A stretch of 64,000 nucleotides of DNA from Paraspadella gotoi (lineage: Eukaryota; Animalia; Chaetognatha). A program made the position numbers and the translations under genes. The notes under the pieces are model-generated. The model had not been told where the DNA came from, did not search any database, and saw only the letters and a list, made by a program, of their open reading frames with translations. The DNA lies in NCBI GenBank assembly GCA_051294375.1, contig CM119271.1, positions 15,816,770 through 15,880,769 of the forward strand. The letters run 5' to 3'. Positions 39,567-51,258 of this stretch are shown here, piece after piece. How positions within the stretch are numbered: the stretch's first letter is position 1; each line of letters opens with the position of its first letter.

Positions 39567-40083
39567 ATAAATAAATAAATATATTATTTTTATTATTATT
39601 ATTATTATTTACTAAATTAACTATCCGTTTCTATTACGAAAAGTTGAGGTCGATTCGGACCATTTCTGTAGAAATGATTTTTAAAATAACGATCATTTTG
39701 CCTCTCAATCAGAGTTGATGATTGTCCTATTCTGGTTACTAAAAATTCCCCCATAGCAACGCGTCATGCTGCTCTGCTTCTACTTACTTAGCAACAACTA
39801 TCTTAATGGTTATATGAAATAATTAGCTATAAAATTGGTCCTAGTGCACAAAGATTGATGCTATGCATATCAATCCTAGTCCCTGATTAGTTAATTTTAA
39901 ATTTGATAGCTACCTCTAGTTTCTGATTGGTTTCTTTACTATAATATAAAAGGGACATTTTTTGTAGTATTCTAGGGCGTTCCAAGGACCATAAGAGGTA
40001 AAAACACTGTTTGATATTTTTGTAATTTTATTTAAATAAAGTAGCCATTGTGTTATCCTTTCGGCTTCGTTGAGTATAGAGAT

Positions 40084-40361
40084 TTAACAAAGTTTAGAAA
40101 ATGTTTTCGTCAACGATTTTTTTATTAGTATAAGGACATGTTTCGACTCTTCATTTCGAGTCTTCATAGCTTTTGGCCCTCTCTCTCTCTCTCTTCTCTC
40201 TCTTTCTCTCTCACTCTCTCTCTCTCTCTCTCTCTCCCTTCTTTTACACAAATTTGTTAATGCATCATTACTGCTGATGAAGACTCGAAATGAAGAGTCG
40301 AAACATGTCCTTATACTAATAAAAAAAAATCGTTGACGAAAACATTTCCAAACTTTGTTAA
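40084..40361. mobile_element. Fold-back element: ~87-bp inverted arms, each carrying a hammerhead-type core (Penelope-like derivative)
   Basis: 40084-40170 is the near-perfect reverse complement of 40273-40361; the spacer contains (CT)n. Confidence 0.75.
40274..40309 (+). ncRNA. Minimal type I hammerhead ribozyme motif (helix I poorly formed)
   Basis: CTGATGA-A-GACTC-gaaatgaa-GAGTC-GAAA-CAT-GTC: complete core, 5-bp helix II and palindromic ACATGT helix III. Confidence 0.7.
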
Positions 40362-41139
40362 TTAAATAAAGTAATAATTTCTTATTCCTTTTCGTCGGGA
40401 ATCAACCAATGAGAAGACGGGCTTCATGCCATCGGGAAACCGAGCCCATGTCGTTGATCCGATTGTTCACTATAAATAGCTGACCATTTCTGTACTGATT
40501 CATTCTGTCTCAAGCTCTGACACCGTCTTGCTCTTGTTCATATTGTAAATAAATTCCACTTTGGTTTCATGCTGAAATCTCTGTCTACTTACATAAATGA
40601 GCTTTAAGCTGACCATTTGCTACCAAAGTTTTTATATCCAACTGCCTCACTGTCAATAAAGGTACTCAAATAAAAAGATGTCTGCTTAATCCAAGGTCTT
40701 GATTATTTAATCTATTGAAAAATTCAAGGAATGCTCTAACTAACCCAAACAATTTCCTCATACCATCTGTTTTGTTTGAGAATTTAGTCATCGAACATTT
40801 AATGATTTTTTTTATCGTTTTTACATGTAATAGTAAAAACGATGCTTTTTCTCGCTCGTAGAAATTTATTATCCTTCGTACATAATTTGACGAGGGACTT
40901 TTATATTAACTCTATTTTGACAAAGTTTCATATTTTTAGAAATTTTTTTATAAAAGGTGTGAGCATTATAAGAAGTGTTTCAACCTCGCAATCGCAATGG
41001 TTATTTTATGACGTTCAACGTTTAATATTTTTCAGTGAACTTAAGAAAAGCCTTAAACCTCAAGGCTTCGGATCACCGCGACTGCCTTATAATTTATTAA
41101 TTATAAAAAAAGTTAAAAAAAAAACAAACAAATTAAACG

Positions 41140-43223
41140 ATGTCTTCCTCGGAAGGATTGACGGTCGCTTCTACCGCCGTCGACAATTCCTTCAAACTCA
41201 GCATCAAACGCGAGAGAAAACGAGATCCCGACGTCTCCTCCTCCTCTTCCTCCGCCGCTCCGCCCCTCGTCATTGAGATCTTTAAAAAAACTCCTCCCAT
41301 CGCCAACTCCCTCGCTACATCAACCTCCTCCGCGGCTCCCTCCCCCACTCCCGAGGCTCCAGTCTCAGCCCCCATGGACGCCGCCCCTAACGACACAACC
41401 GTCGAGGCCTCCGCCGAGCCCGTATGGCTCGTCGGCGACGTGGTGTGGTGCCTTCAACGCGGCAACCCCTGGTGGCCGTGCCTAGTCACCGCCGAATTCA
41501 GCGTCGGCGAACACACCCGCTACACCAACTCGGTTAGTAGTGCACGCAGACACTTTGTATTACGCACAAAAATAAGAAATAATAATTAGTATTTTTTATA
41601 TGGCTATTAAGCAAAGTGTGAGTGAAATAAAACAGTTTTTAATCGCATCGGCGTCTCATCTCACTAGGGCTCCCGCACCGTGAAGCAACATCACGTCCAG
41701 TTCTTCGGTCCCAAACCTCTTCACGCCTGGATTCACGATAGCTCCGTCCGTCCTTTCGTGCATCGTGACGAGGTAAGAAATGACCTCACCCTTCTACTCA
41801 CTTTGGACAGGCTTTTTGCTATTTGCTGGCATTTAATCACGACTCTCTCACAGTCTAGTTTTTTAACTTACTTTAACTTAACTTACCTTCTTTATCATTT
41901 TGAAGAAAGAGCCACTCCATCGTCCCTTAATTAAACTATTAGACCAGTGAATATTTTAGCATAAAAATACAAAAAGCTAATTCTAATGTAAAAAGAGTTA
42001 TCCTTTCAATCAATAACAATAGCTATCTTGTTCCCTGATTTTGGACGTTTCTTATCAACCTCTATTATCTTTTGTCAAACATTATCGGACGGGGACACTA
42101 ATTTCTTAAATAGAGGATAACAATTTGGTTCCATTATATTCCTCTGCGTTTTGTAGGTGGCCGGATGGAGGGAGAGGGATGTCGCTGTCTTCAAGAAAAT
42201 GTCAAAACCGCGGAGAGAAAAAGCGATGAAGGCTTACGCCCCTACGTCCAAGGCGGTTAGTTATTAATAATTTCATGAGTTCATGCTACTATGATTTTAT
42301 GCACTATGCACTAATGTGATTTAAAATGTTTAACAATATTAACCTTTAAGGTTGTTCAAGAGTTGGAGGCGGCAAAAAACGAGGCCGAGGCGGCGCTGGA
42401 GATGCCTCGAATGGAGAGACTGAGTCGATTCGAGTTCGATTATCAATCCGTCGAGAATTCAACGGAGATGACGAGCGACCGACGCCGCGTCAAGTTCGTT
42501 CCGCTCAAACCCGGCAGCGCCGCCAACGGGGAGACATCTACGACGACGACGCCTTCTCCGCCAAACGACGCCGCATCGCCGCCGGCCAAGCGGAGAAAAT
42601 CCGTGCCGGCCACCTTCGCCGGCGCCATCGCCGATCGAGACAATCTCACCAACAACAATGACAGCATCGACAACCAGAACTTGACGGCGGCGAAAGTGAC
42701 TATCGTTAACCACAGAAACTCTTTGCCGGCCAATCAATCGCCGGCTCATCGCGCGCCGACCAATCGCTTTCTAGCAAATCGCGCTTCCACCAATCATCTT
42801 CCTTCAATGAGCATCGGCGTCGTCAAACCCGCCTCCATTAAATTCCCCCTCATCGCCAAATCCCGGTTTTCGCCGGAGAAAAAACCTTCGACAATGGGCG
42901 CCGGTCTGGAGGCGTCGGTTCGGACGACGCCGGCCAAAACGGCGCCGGCATCGACCTCTTCTTCCAAAACGAGTTTCGACTCATTCTCCAAATTCTGTCT
43001 CTGTCATTCGGCGGAGATGAAGAGGCTTCGGCCGGATTTGGACGAGGCGGGGATCGAGGCCGAGTTGAGGTCGAGATGGGAGAAGCTCGACGAGGAAGAG
43101 GTCACGTGGTACATCTACAACAGCGTCCCGCCGGGCAAGCTTCTGCCCGGCAAGAAGAGGGCAAGACCCAAGAAGTTTTTGGAGAGACTCTTGGCGGAGT
43201 ACAAGAGGAAGGAGACGGCGTAA
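41140..43223 (+). CDS. NSD-derived PWWP + HMG-like protein without PHD/SET domains (4 exons, ~490 aa)
   Basis: GDVVWCLQRGNPWWPCLV...HVQFFGPKPLHAW and FSKFCLCHSAEMKR...RWEKLDEEEVTWYIYN closely parallel the adjacent NSD gene. All junctions are in frame and the gene has its own stop (ETA*). Confidence 0.85.
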
Positions 43224-44010
43224 TGGGGAGGGGAGGAGCGGTCAGAAACGTTAACTCGTCAGTTTGTTTTAAACGACTTTAAAACGATCTTTTTGGATTT
43301 TAAAATTTCCAATTAGATTTAAATATCAGATCAAACACTTTTAACTACATCCTCTTTCACGAAATTCAACGTTGTTCGGTGTCTCTCGTCTTCCACGACT
43401 TAAAAATACAAGCGATTCCCACAATCTTATTTCTCAGAAATCGGTTTCCCTTCCAGGATTGTCACCTTCGCAGAATATTAGTTTATTCTTCGTGTTTTTA
43501 AAAAAAACATCATGTTGCAATTGAAAATGTCGCCCAGAAATAATCATAAACATGAAATTTGATACAACCTCTGTTTTTTTTTTCCAATAATCATGCTAGT
43601 GCCTTTATCAATATTTATATACGGATCTAAAGAGGATGTTCATGTTTTCAGTTTCTTAATCACTCACAGAAATATTTTCGTAGTTACCACCAAGCTGTGA
43701 TTGTAATGGATTTTTTCTTTTTAATTTTAAATTTTAAATATTCTAAATCCTCAAATATCGCAAGCTGCTTGTCAAAAAAAAAAGTCTAACCCAATTTTTT
43801 TTTTAGGTGAATAAGTTGAGCTCTATAGACATTCGCTAGGTTTCTGCGATTTTCAACTAGGCATGTATTATTGTAGGTTTTTACTTTATCTTCTGTGATG
43901 AACCTGGCTAATCTTTTTAAACAAGTTTAATCCGCTAAATTACCAGTTAATTAATATTTCGCCGATTTATTCGATTTGCCTTCGATGTACAAAGATTTTT
44001 TTTTCCCAGA

Positions 44011-44486
44011 ATGTCTACCGTCGATGAGGTCGTCGAGCCGCGACTCACGGCGCCCTCTAACGACTCCATCCAAACTCCCTTTTCAGAGTCTCTCACCCAA
44101 GGCGCCAAATCTGACGATCCAATCGACGACGCTAAGAAAGACGACGACGATGACGACGACGATAACGACGACGCCTCCTTTCGAAACGGCGAGGTCGTTT
44201 GGTGCCTGCAAAGCGGAAATCCGTGGTGGCCGGCCCTCGTCACCAACGACTTTTTGCAAAGTTCACATCGCAAAAAAACGACGGCGAGTTCGGGAAAACC
44301 CACTGAAAACTACCACGTGCAATTTTTCGGTCCGCAACCTCTACACGCTTGGGTTGGAGAGGCGTCCCTCAGATTATTTACGAGGTCGGTGCAAGAAAAA
44401 TCTCTTGGTTTTCATTCTTTCTTTTCGTTTCGGACTGAGCTTTAAATGAGAGGAAAATTTTGTTTTGTTTGCCGAAAACGAATTTG

Positions 44487-44524
<38 letters not shown>

Positions 44525-47500
44525 AAAAACTGACAAGTTTCGGCTATAATGTTAGCCTTCATCAGCATGAAATGTTGCGCTGATGTGTCCGTTTTTATAA
44601 TAATAAAAATAAATTTGTTGTCTGCTAACAAAACAATTAATTCCTCTTTATTTCCACATTTTTTTAATAAATCAAACTAAATATTTGAAAGTTATAGAAA
44701 TTTAGACTAGTATTTCCATAACAATTTAATATCAAAGAAAATAATTTTAATTATTTCTTGGTTCGTTCCTTCGTTCGTTTTTATTTTCATTTCATTTCAT
44801 TTTATTCCTTCAATTCATTTCATTCATTCCTTCAATTCATTTCATTCATCCCCACTTCAGCCCCGACGACACGGAAAACTGGCGCAAACAAGAATTGACG
44901 AGTTCGACTAAAATCAGCAAAACTCGACGCGAACGAATCGCGAATCGCTACACGCCTGCGACCAAGCGACTCAGGGACGAATTCTCCGCAGCGAGACTCG
45001 AGGCGGCCAAAGCCTTCGCTCTTTCTCACCACGAGAGGTTGCGACGATTCGAGTTCGAGTATCGGGCCAGCATCGATCCCAATCTCGGTACCCCACTTTG
45101 TTACGTCCCGCGGAAACCCACTGGGACCGGAGAGAGGAACTTGGCTGCTACTGCGGCGACTGTTACTGCTTCTGCTGCTTCCGCCGCGTCGGCTGCTGCT
45201 TCCGCTAGAAAAGAGACTAAAAAGAGAAAGTTAAACGAAGAGGAGACGCCTACTCCGCCTCGTCCTTCCGCGGAGACGGAATGTCCGTCGCCCAAAATGG
45301 CGAAGACGATCGATGAGACGAGATCAGTCATCGGGACGCGATCGAGAAGACGAAGCGGGCGGTCAACTCCGGAAAGAGACGCCGCTTCCGACGCCGCTTC
45401 CGACGCCGCTAAACATCGCGGAGTCTCCCTCAGATCTAACGATAGGGAAGCCTCGCCTTTCGCGACGACGACGACGACGACGAAATCTAGTCGCACGATC
45501 GGTGGATCGGCCGAATCCGACGATCGAACCGTCAAGTTGTCCTTCAAAAAATCCGACAACACCTTCGCTCGATCCGCCGAGTCGTCGTCGTCGTCGTCGC
45601 TCAACGTTTCGATCAAAACTTTGCAATCTAATAAAAAAGAGGATCGATCTCGCCAACAAGTTGATGATACTTCCCAGCCAAAGCCGGATATAACTTTGGA
45701 ACCAATTGATAAAACTATGACATCTAACGGAATTCCATCGAGTGTCCTCATCCGGAAGATCGTAGATCCTGTGTCCGATCGAACGCAGTCGCCTTCTCGG
45801 ACGAATGAGTTGGAATCGACATCAAAGAAAACGAACCAACTGGACGCGCAGGTCCCGCAGCCTCATCAGCCGCCTCCGCAACCTCCAGTGCCGCATCCTA
45901 AATCCGTGGTTAAACCTTCTCAACCTACGCCGCTTCGTCTTCCCTCTCTCTCCCCTCGAACCGAAGTGGATCTCTTTAAGCAATTCTGTCTCTGTCACTT
46001 CGCGGAGATGAAGCGGAAACTGTCGTGGCTTTCCAAGGAGGAGGTGATGTCGTTGCTGGAGGAGCATTGGAACACCCTCGATCTGGAGGAGCGACTCTGG
46101 TACGTCTACAACTTTCTCACTCCAGAGGATCTTATTTCCGCGACGACGACAGTGAAGAGACCCAATGAATTTTTGAGGAAATTAACGAAGACGAAATTCG
46201 TTTTTGAGATTAAGGAAAAGAAAGAAAAAGATGGAAAATCAGAGATGAAAGTCAACGGATTCGATGAAAAGGCAGCGTCGAATCAAAATCCTAGTCGCGT
46301 TTCTCGGAAATCTGAGACGGACGATACGCGAGATTCTAAGGTCGAGAAAAACTGTATTCGTGAGGCAAAAGACAAAATGCTGCAGCCGAAGCAGCCGCCG
46401 CAGCTCCAACGGCCCGTCGACGGCGGGTGGGAGATCGATCTTCTTGCCGCCGCGGCCGACCAAACGGCGCAGCAGGAACTCGTCTGCCAAGTCTGCTTCT
46501 CGACCTGCGTTTTTGACGGCGTCGAGGACGTCGCCGCCTGCCAAGGACCCTGCCTCGGCGTCTTTCACGCCTCCTGTCTCGAGGGTGTCGGGGCCTCGAC
46601 GGAAGCGGACTTTGAGTGCGCGGATTGCCGCGCCGGACGTTACTCGTGCTTCGTGTGTCACGTGGTAGGTTGGCTCGAGATTGTTCTTGTTTATGATTTT
46701 GTTATAATATTGATATTTGTGTTGAAATGTTGATGTTCAACAATTAAAGATTGTCGAGGGATTATAGATCTACCGGGAGGTGTTATCTGATAATCAAAAT
46801 TATTTATACTTCATAAAAATATTATACTACTTCATTGATTGGAAAGCCAGGAACTGTTCGAGTTTATAACTGGACTGTGAGAGTTTTGATTGAAATTTGG
46901 TAGTATCCTGCCATTTTATTATCTTCTAATAGTGATTTGTTAACCCACAACAGCCAGTCCAAAGTCAGGAGCAAGATAGCTTATATAATGAAAGAGAAAA
47001 AATGGATATTGGTAATTTTGTTTTCATCGTACAATTTTTTCATCCAACCACAGGCGGACGCCACCACTCGCCAATGTTCCGTCTCCGATTGTTGGAAATT
47101 CTACCACGATTCCTGCCTTCGATCTTCCCCGAGTTTCGAGGCGACGGAATTCCGCGACGGCGGAAAGACATTCAAATGCCCTCGACACGTTTGTCACGTT
47201 TGTTGGCTCGAAGACTCGGCCGCGCTCGCTTGTCGATCGGGCAAGCTCGTCCAGTGCGTCAAATGCCCGAGTTCTTTTCACGCGGGCGACCTTTGCTTGC
47301 CCGCCGGATCCAAAGATTTGGGGGGACTCAACATCATCTGCCCGTCACACTTTGGCCGAGATGGAACCGGGGATGGAACCGGGGACGGTTCCCCGGCGCA
47401 CGTCGGCTTTTGCTTTTCCTGCGCGGAGGGAGGGGCGTTGATCTGTTGCGAGAGTTGTCCAGCCGCCTTTCACAAGGAATGTCTCGACATGAAGGAGGAG

Positions 47501-50500
47501 CCGAAGGAGAGTTGGTTCTGCGATCACTGTCGTATCGGGAAAAAGCCCAGGTTTAGCTATTTAATAATTAAATTATTGAGTATTATAAACAAAAACTCAA
47601 ATACTTCTCTCTAGATACGGCGACGTGGTCTGGGCCAAGCTCCCCGACCTCCGTTGGTGGCCGGCCGAGATCTGCCATCCCAGGAACCTGCCGGACACCG
47701 AGAGGCGGAAAGAGTCGGCCGGGCATTTCCCGATCCGGCTGCTGGGTTCTCGGCGAATCACCTGGTCGCACGCCGGACGAGTCTACGATTATCAAGACGG
47801 AGACTCGGAAGTCTGCAAGGAGGACGATCCGCTTGGGGAAGACGACGGAGCGAGTGACTACATCGCCGCGTTGGAGGTGGAATGAAAGCATTTCCGAGAA
47901 ATCGGTGCCTTAGATTAACGTTGTTAAGAAGGGAAAAGACTTAAAAGAAAATATTTTAATAATGATACTCGAGGATGATTACAGCCTCAGCTCACAAGAA
48001 CCTGTTTGGATTTTGTCTGGAACACTTTGCTATTTTTTAAAAAAGCCTTATCATTTTTTATTTTTTATTTTTTATTTTTTTTTGAAAGTCCACACTAACG
48101 ATAAAAAGTGTTGTGGAGAAATCGTGTGGCGATAGTGGTTCGATTGTGGTTTGATTGTGGTTCTCATCTAGTTTGTAGTTAATGTCGCCATTTGCGCTAC
48201 GAATTTTCACACTTTCACTATTGAGCTATGAGCAGAATGTAGTATAAATAGAGAAACGAAAACCTTTTCTTCAAATAACCTCAGTCTCTGAAACTGATTT
48301 CTTCTTCACCGCTGCTCTAGATTTTTTTTGATCGTTTAAAAATAAAATGTTATAAATTCAGGAGGCGATGTCTGCCTTCGCCGCCGTCAGGCGGCGTCGC
48401 GACTCTTGGCGCCAAAAGCTCGAAGCCGGCGCCAAAAGAAGGCCACCCGCCTACCAGTTCATCCGGACCAACGAACCCTTCGGTCACTTGACACTTCCTG
48501 AGGTCGACGTCGCCGATATCCCAGTCTGTGAATGCAAGGAGGATAAGGTAAGAGGAGGGGGTCACTTAAATTTGGTTGATAAACATGATTGATTATTTCT
48601 TTTATGGTTTAACAAATTATAACGAAGTGAAGTACGTAATATAAAATGATTTGATAGATACTTTAAATACATATATTTTTTAAATAATCTGTTGAAATGA
48701 TGGGGTTTTACAGGCGTGCGTAGACGACGACTGCCTGAACCGCCTATTGATGTACGAATGTCACCCGTCGACCTGTCCGCGCGGCGACGCCTGCAGGAAT
48801 CAGAGGTTTCGTAAAAGACTCTATCCCAAACTCAAGGTTTTCAGCACCGACAACGATCGCGGTTGGGGGCTCAAAGTAAGTTCGCTATTAATTACCTTTT
48901 TTTTACCGATTTATTTTTATTCGTAGAAGTTTTAATTTTTATTATTATGGAAAAGACATTGACGATTACATTGACTCAATAAAATAATGAAAGACATACA
49001 GGACTTAAAATGACGTCACGAGCTAATTGGACTTATAATAATGTGAAATAGCGGGAAGGACGATTACTTAAAAACAACTACGCACAAAATTATGTATAAT
49101 TAAGTACCGTTATCATTGTCAGTGAGTCTGGGAGATAGGGTAACCAATAACTTATATAAAATTTTCAAAGATGAAAGATAGAAAGAAGTCTATTGTTAAA
49201 CAATATTTAAAGTATTGCTAAAATGATAGAATAAGACTTTTAAGAAAACCGTATCAAAAGATATGAGAATTGATCTAAACTACTAAAATATGTAAATGAG
49301 ATTGAAGAACTTAATCTCATTTAAAATGAACTCTGCTCCTTCTATACTTCGTCCCCCAGGTGTTGGAAAAAGTGAAACGCGGCGACTTCATCAGCGAATA
49401 CGTGGGCGAATTGATCGACGAGGAGGAGGCGCGACGAAGGCTGAGCAATTATCACTCCAAGAACGAGACCAACTTTTATCTGCTCACGATCGACGCCAAT
49501 ACCATCATCGACGCGGGACCCAAAGGTGAGGAGGAAATTTGGGGATGAATTGAGAATTCAGAAAATTGTCTCTTTGCCGTAGAATTCTTAATACAGAGTT
49601 TATTGTAAATCTAATTTTATACATGTTTATATCAGAATTGTAACGTTTCCCCAAGAGTTACTCAAATTTGTCTCGTTACCAGGCAACCATTCTCGGTTCA
49701 TCAACCACTCGTGCGACCCAAATTGCGAGACGCAAAAGTGGACGGTGGACGGCGCGACGCGGGTGGGCGTCTTCGCCAAACGCGACATCGACGCCGGATC
49801 CGAACTCACCTTCAACTATCAGTTCGAATGTCGCGGCGACGAGAAGACGCCGTGCAACTGCGGCGCCGCCTCCTGCAGCGGATTTCTCGGCGAACGGCCG
49901 AAACCGCTCGAGTCGAGGGAGCGGCGAGAGAAGGACGCCAAAGCCGCGTCGTCGGCGTCCTCGTCGGGGACGACGACGAAGCGGCGTAAAAAGTCCAAAC
50001 CGGTCAAGGTGACCGACAACTGGTGCTTCCGCTGCCTGGAGGGCGGCCGCTTGGTTCTCTGCGATCAGGTCAATTGCTCCAAGGGCTACCACCTGGAATG
50101 CCTCGGTCGCGAGACTCTGCCATCGGGCAAGTGGCGTTGCCCGCGCCACTTTTGCGACTATTGCGTCAAGACCGCCACGCGTCATTGCGTCCTCTGCCCG
50201 GCGGCCTTTTGCGCCGAACACGACGTCGCCGAAAATATCTACGAGTGGCGACCGGAAGTGGGCGTGGCATCGACGCTCGTCTGCACCGATCACTCGGCCG
50301 AGGAGCTCGTTGATAGGAGAGAGTCGCTGAGGAAGGGAGAAGTGGAGAGGGACGAATATTTTCGAGAGTTGGAGAGAAAGAGGGAAGCGAGGGCGGCGGC
50401 CGGGACGGCGTCGGGAGAGGCTAAGAAAGGCGACGACGCCGGTGGACGTTGCGCCAGTGCCGTCGGATCGGAAACGGGCGCCGGATCCTCCAGCAACATC

Positions 50501-50680
50501 AGTTCCGAAGCTGGAGAAGACTCGGAAAGCGTCGACGGCGAAGTTGCGAGGGAAGCGGTCGATGGAGCCGAGAGGAAGAAACGACGCCGGACGAAAAACG
50601 GCGCCGACGATCGAGAAAGCGCCATCGTCTCGGCCGTCAAGTTGTTGGAGGATAAAGGGAAGAGAGGAGGAGACGAATAG
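44011..50680 (+). CDS. NSD: NSD-family H3K36 methyltransferase (NSD2/Mes-4-like), 8 exons
   Basis: PWWP1, HMG-like box, PHD fingers, PWWP2 ([18 protein letters not shown]), AWS, SET (RGWGLK; EYVGELID; [15 protein letters not shown]; ELTFNY), post-[16 protein letters not shown] and PHD5-C5HCH. Confidence 0.96.
44459..44637. mobile_element. Second fold-back element with a hammerhead core, in NSD intron 1
   Basis: Imperfect inverted arms ttgttttgtttgccgaaaacgaatttgtttttattatt...aaaaactgaca / tgtccgtttttataataataaaaataaatttgttgtctgctaacaaaacaa. Confidence 0.65.
44532..44565 (-). ncRNA. Minimal type I hammerhead ribozyme motif, antisense to NSD
   Basis: Minus strand CTGATGA-A-GGCTA-acatta-TAGCC-GAAA-CTT-GTC; helix I is not formed. 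Confidence 0.65.
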
Positions 50681-50973
50681 TTGATTGATTCTTTGAAATT
50701 TTGATTGAATGATTGATTGATTGACTCATTGACTCTCGCAGCGGATTTTAGATTAAAAAAATAAATGTTAGTGAAAATTCGACGTATGGCATTTAGACTT
50801 TAGTTATTATTTCTCTCTTTTTTTATAGCATTATATAAAAAAGGAATTGATCTCCCTTAGTCCCGATTTGTTTTGCGTTTTCGTTATTCGCTTCATTTTT
50901 TTTACTTTTCTTCGCAGAAGCTTAACAGCTAATTACTTGATATTGTAGCATAACAAATAGAAATACAAATACA

Positions 50974-51202
50974 ATGCCGCGTGGCACTCGAGTCTTTATT
51001 GGAAACTTGGCGCATCAGGCCACCGAACGCGACGTCGAAAAATTTTTCAAAGTGAGGGAGAGTTCAGCGTTGTCGCTATGTATGTTATAATAAGGTATTC
51101 CTTTTTCTTTTCTTTTCAGGGTTATGGAATTTTGGAAGACGTCAGTCTCAAAAATGGATATGGGTATGTCTTTTGTGAAGTGAATGTGAAGAATTAAATA
51201 AC

Positions 51203-51258
<56 letters not shown>

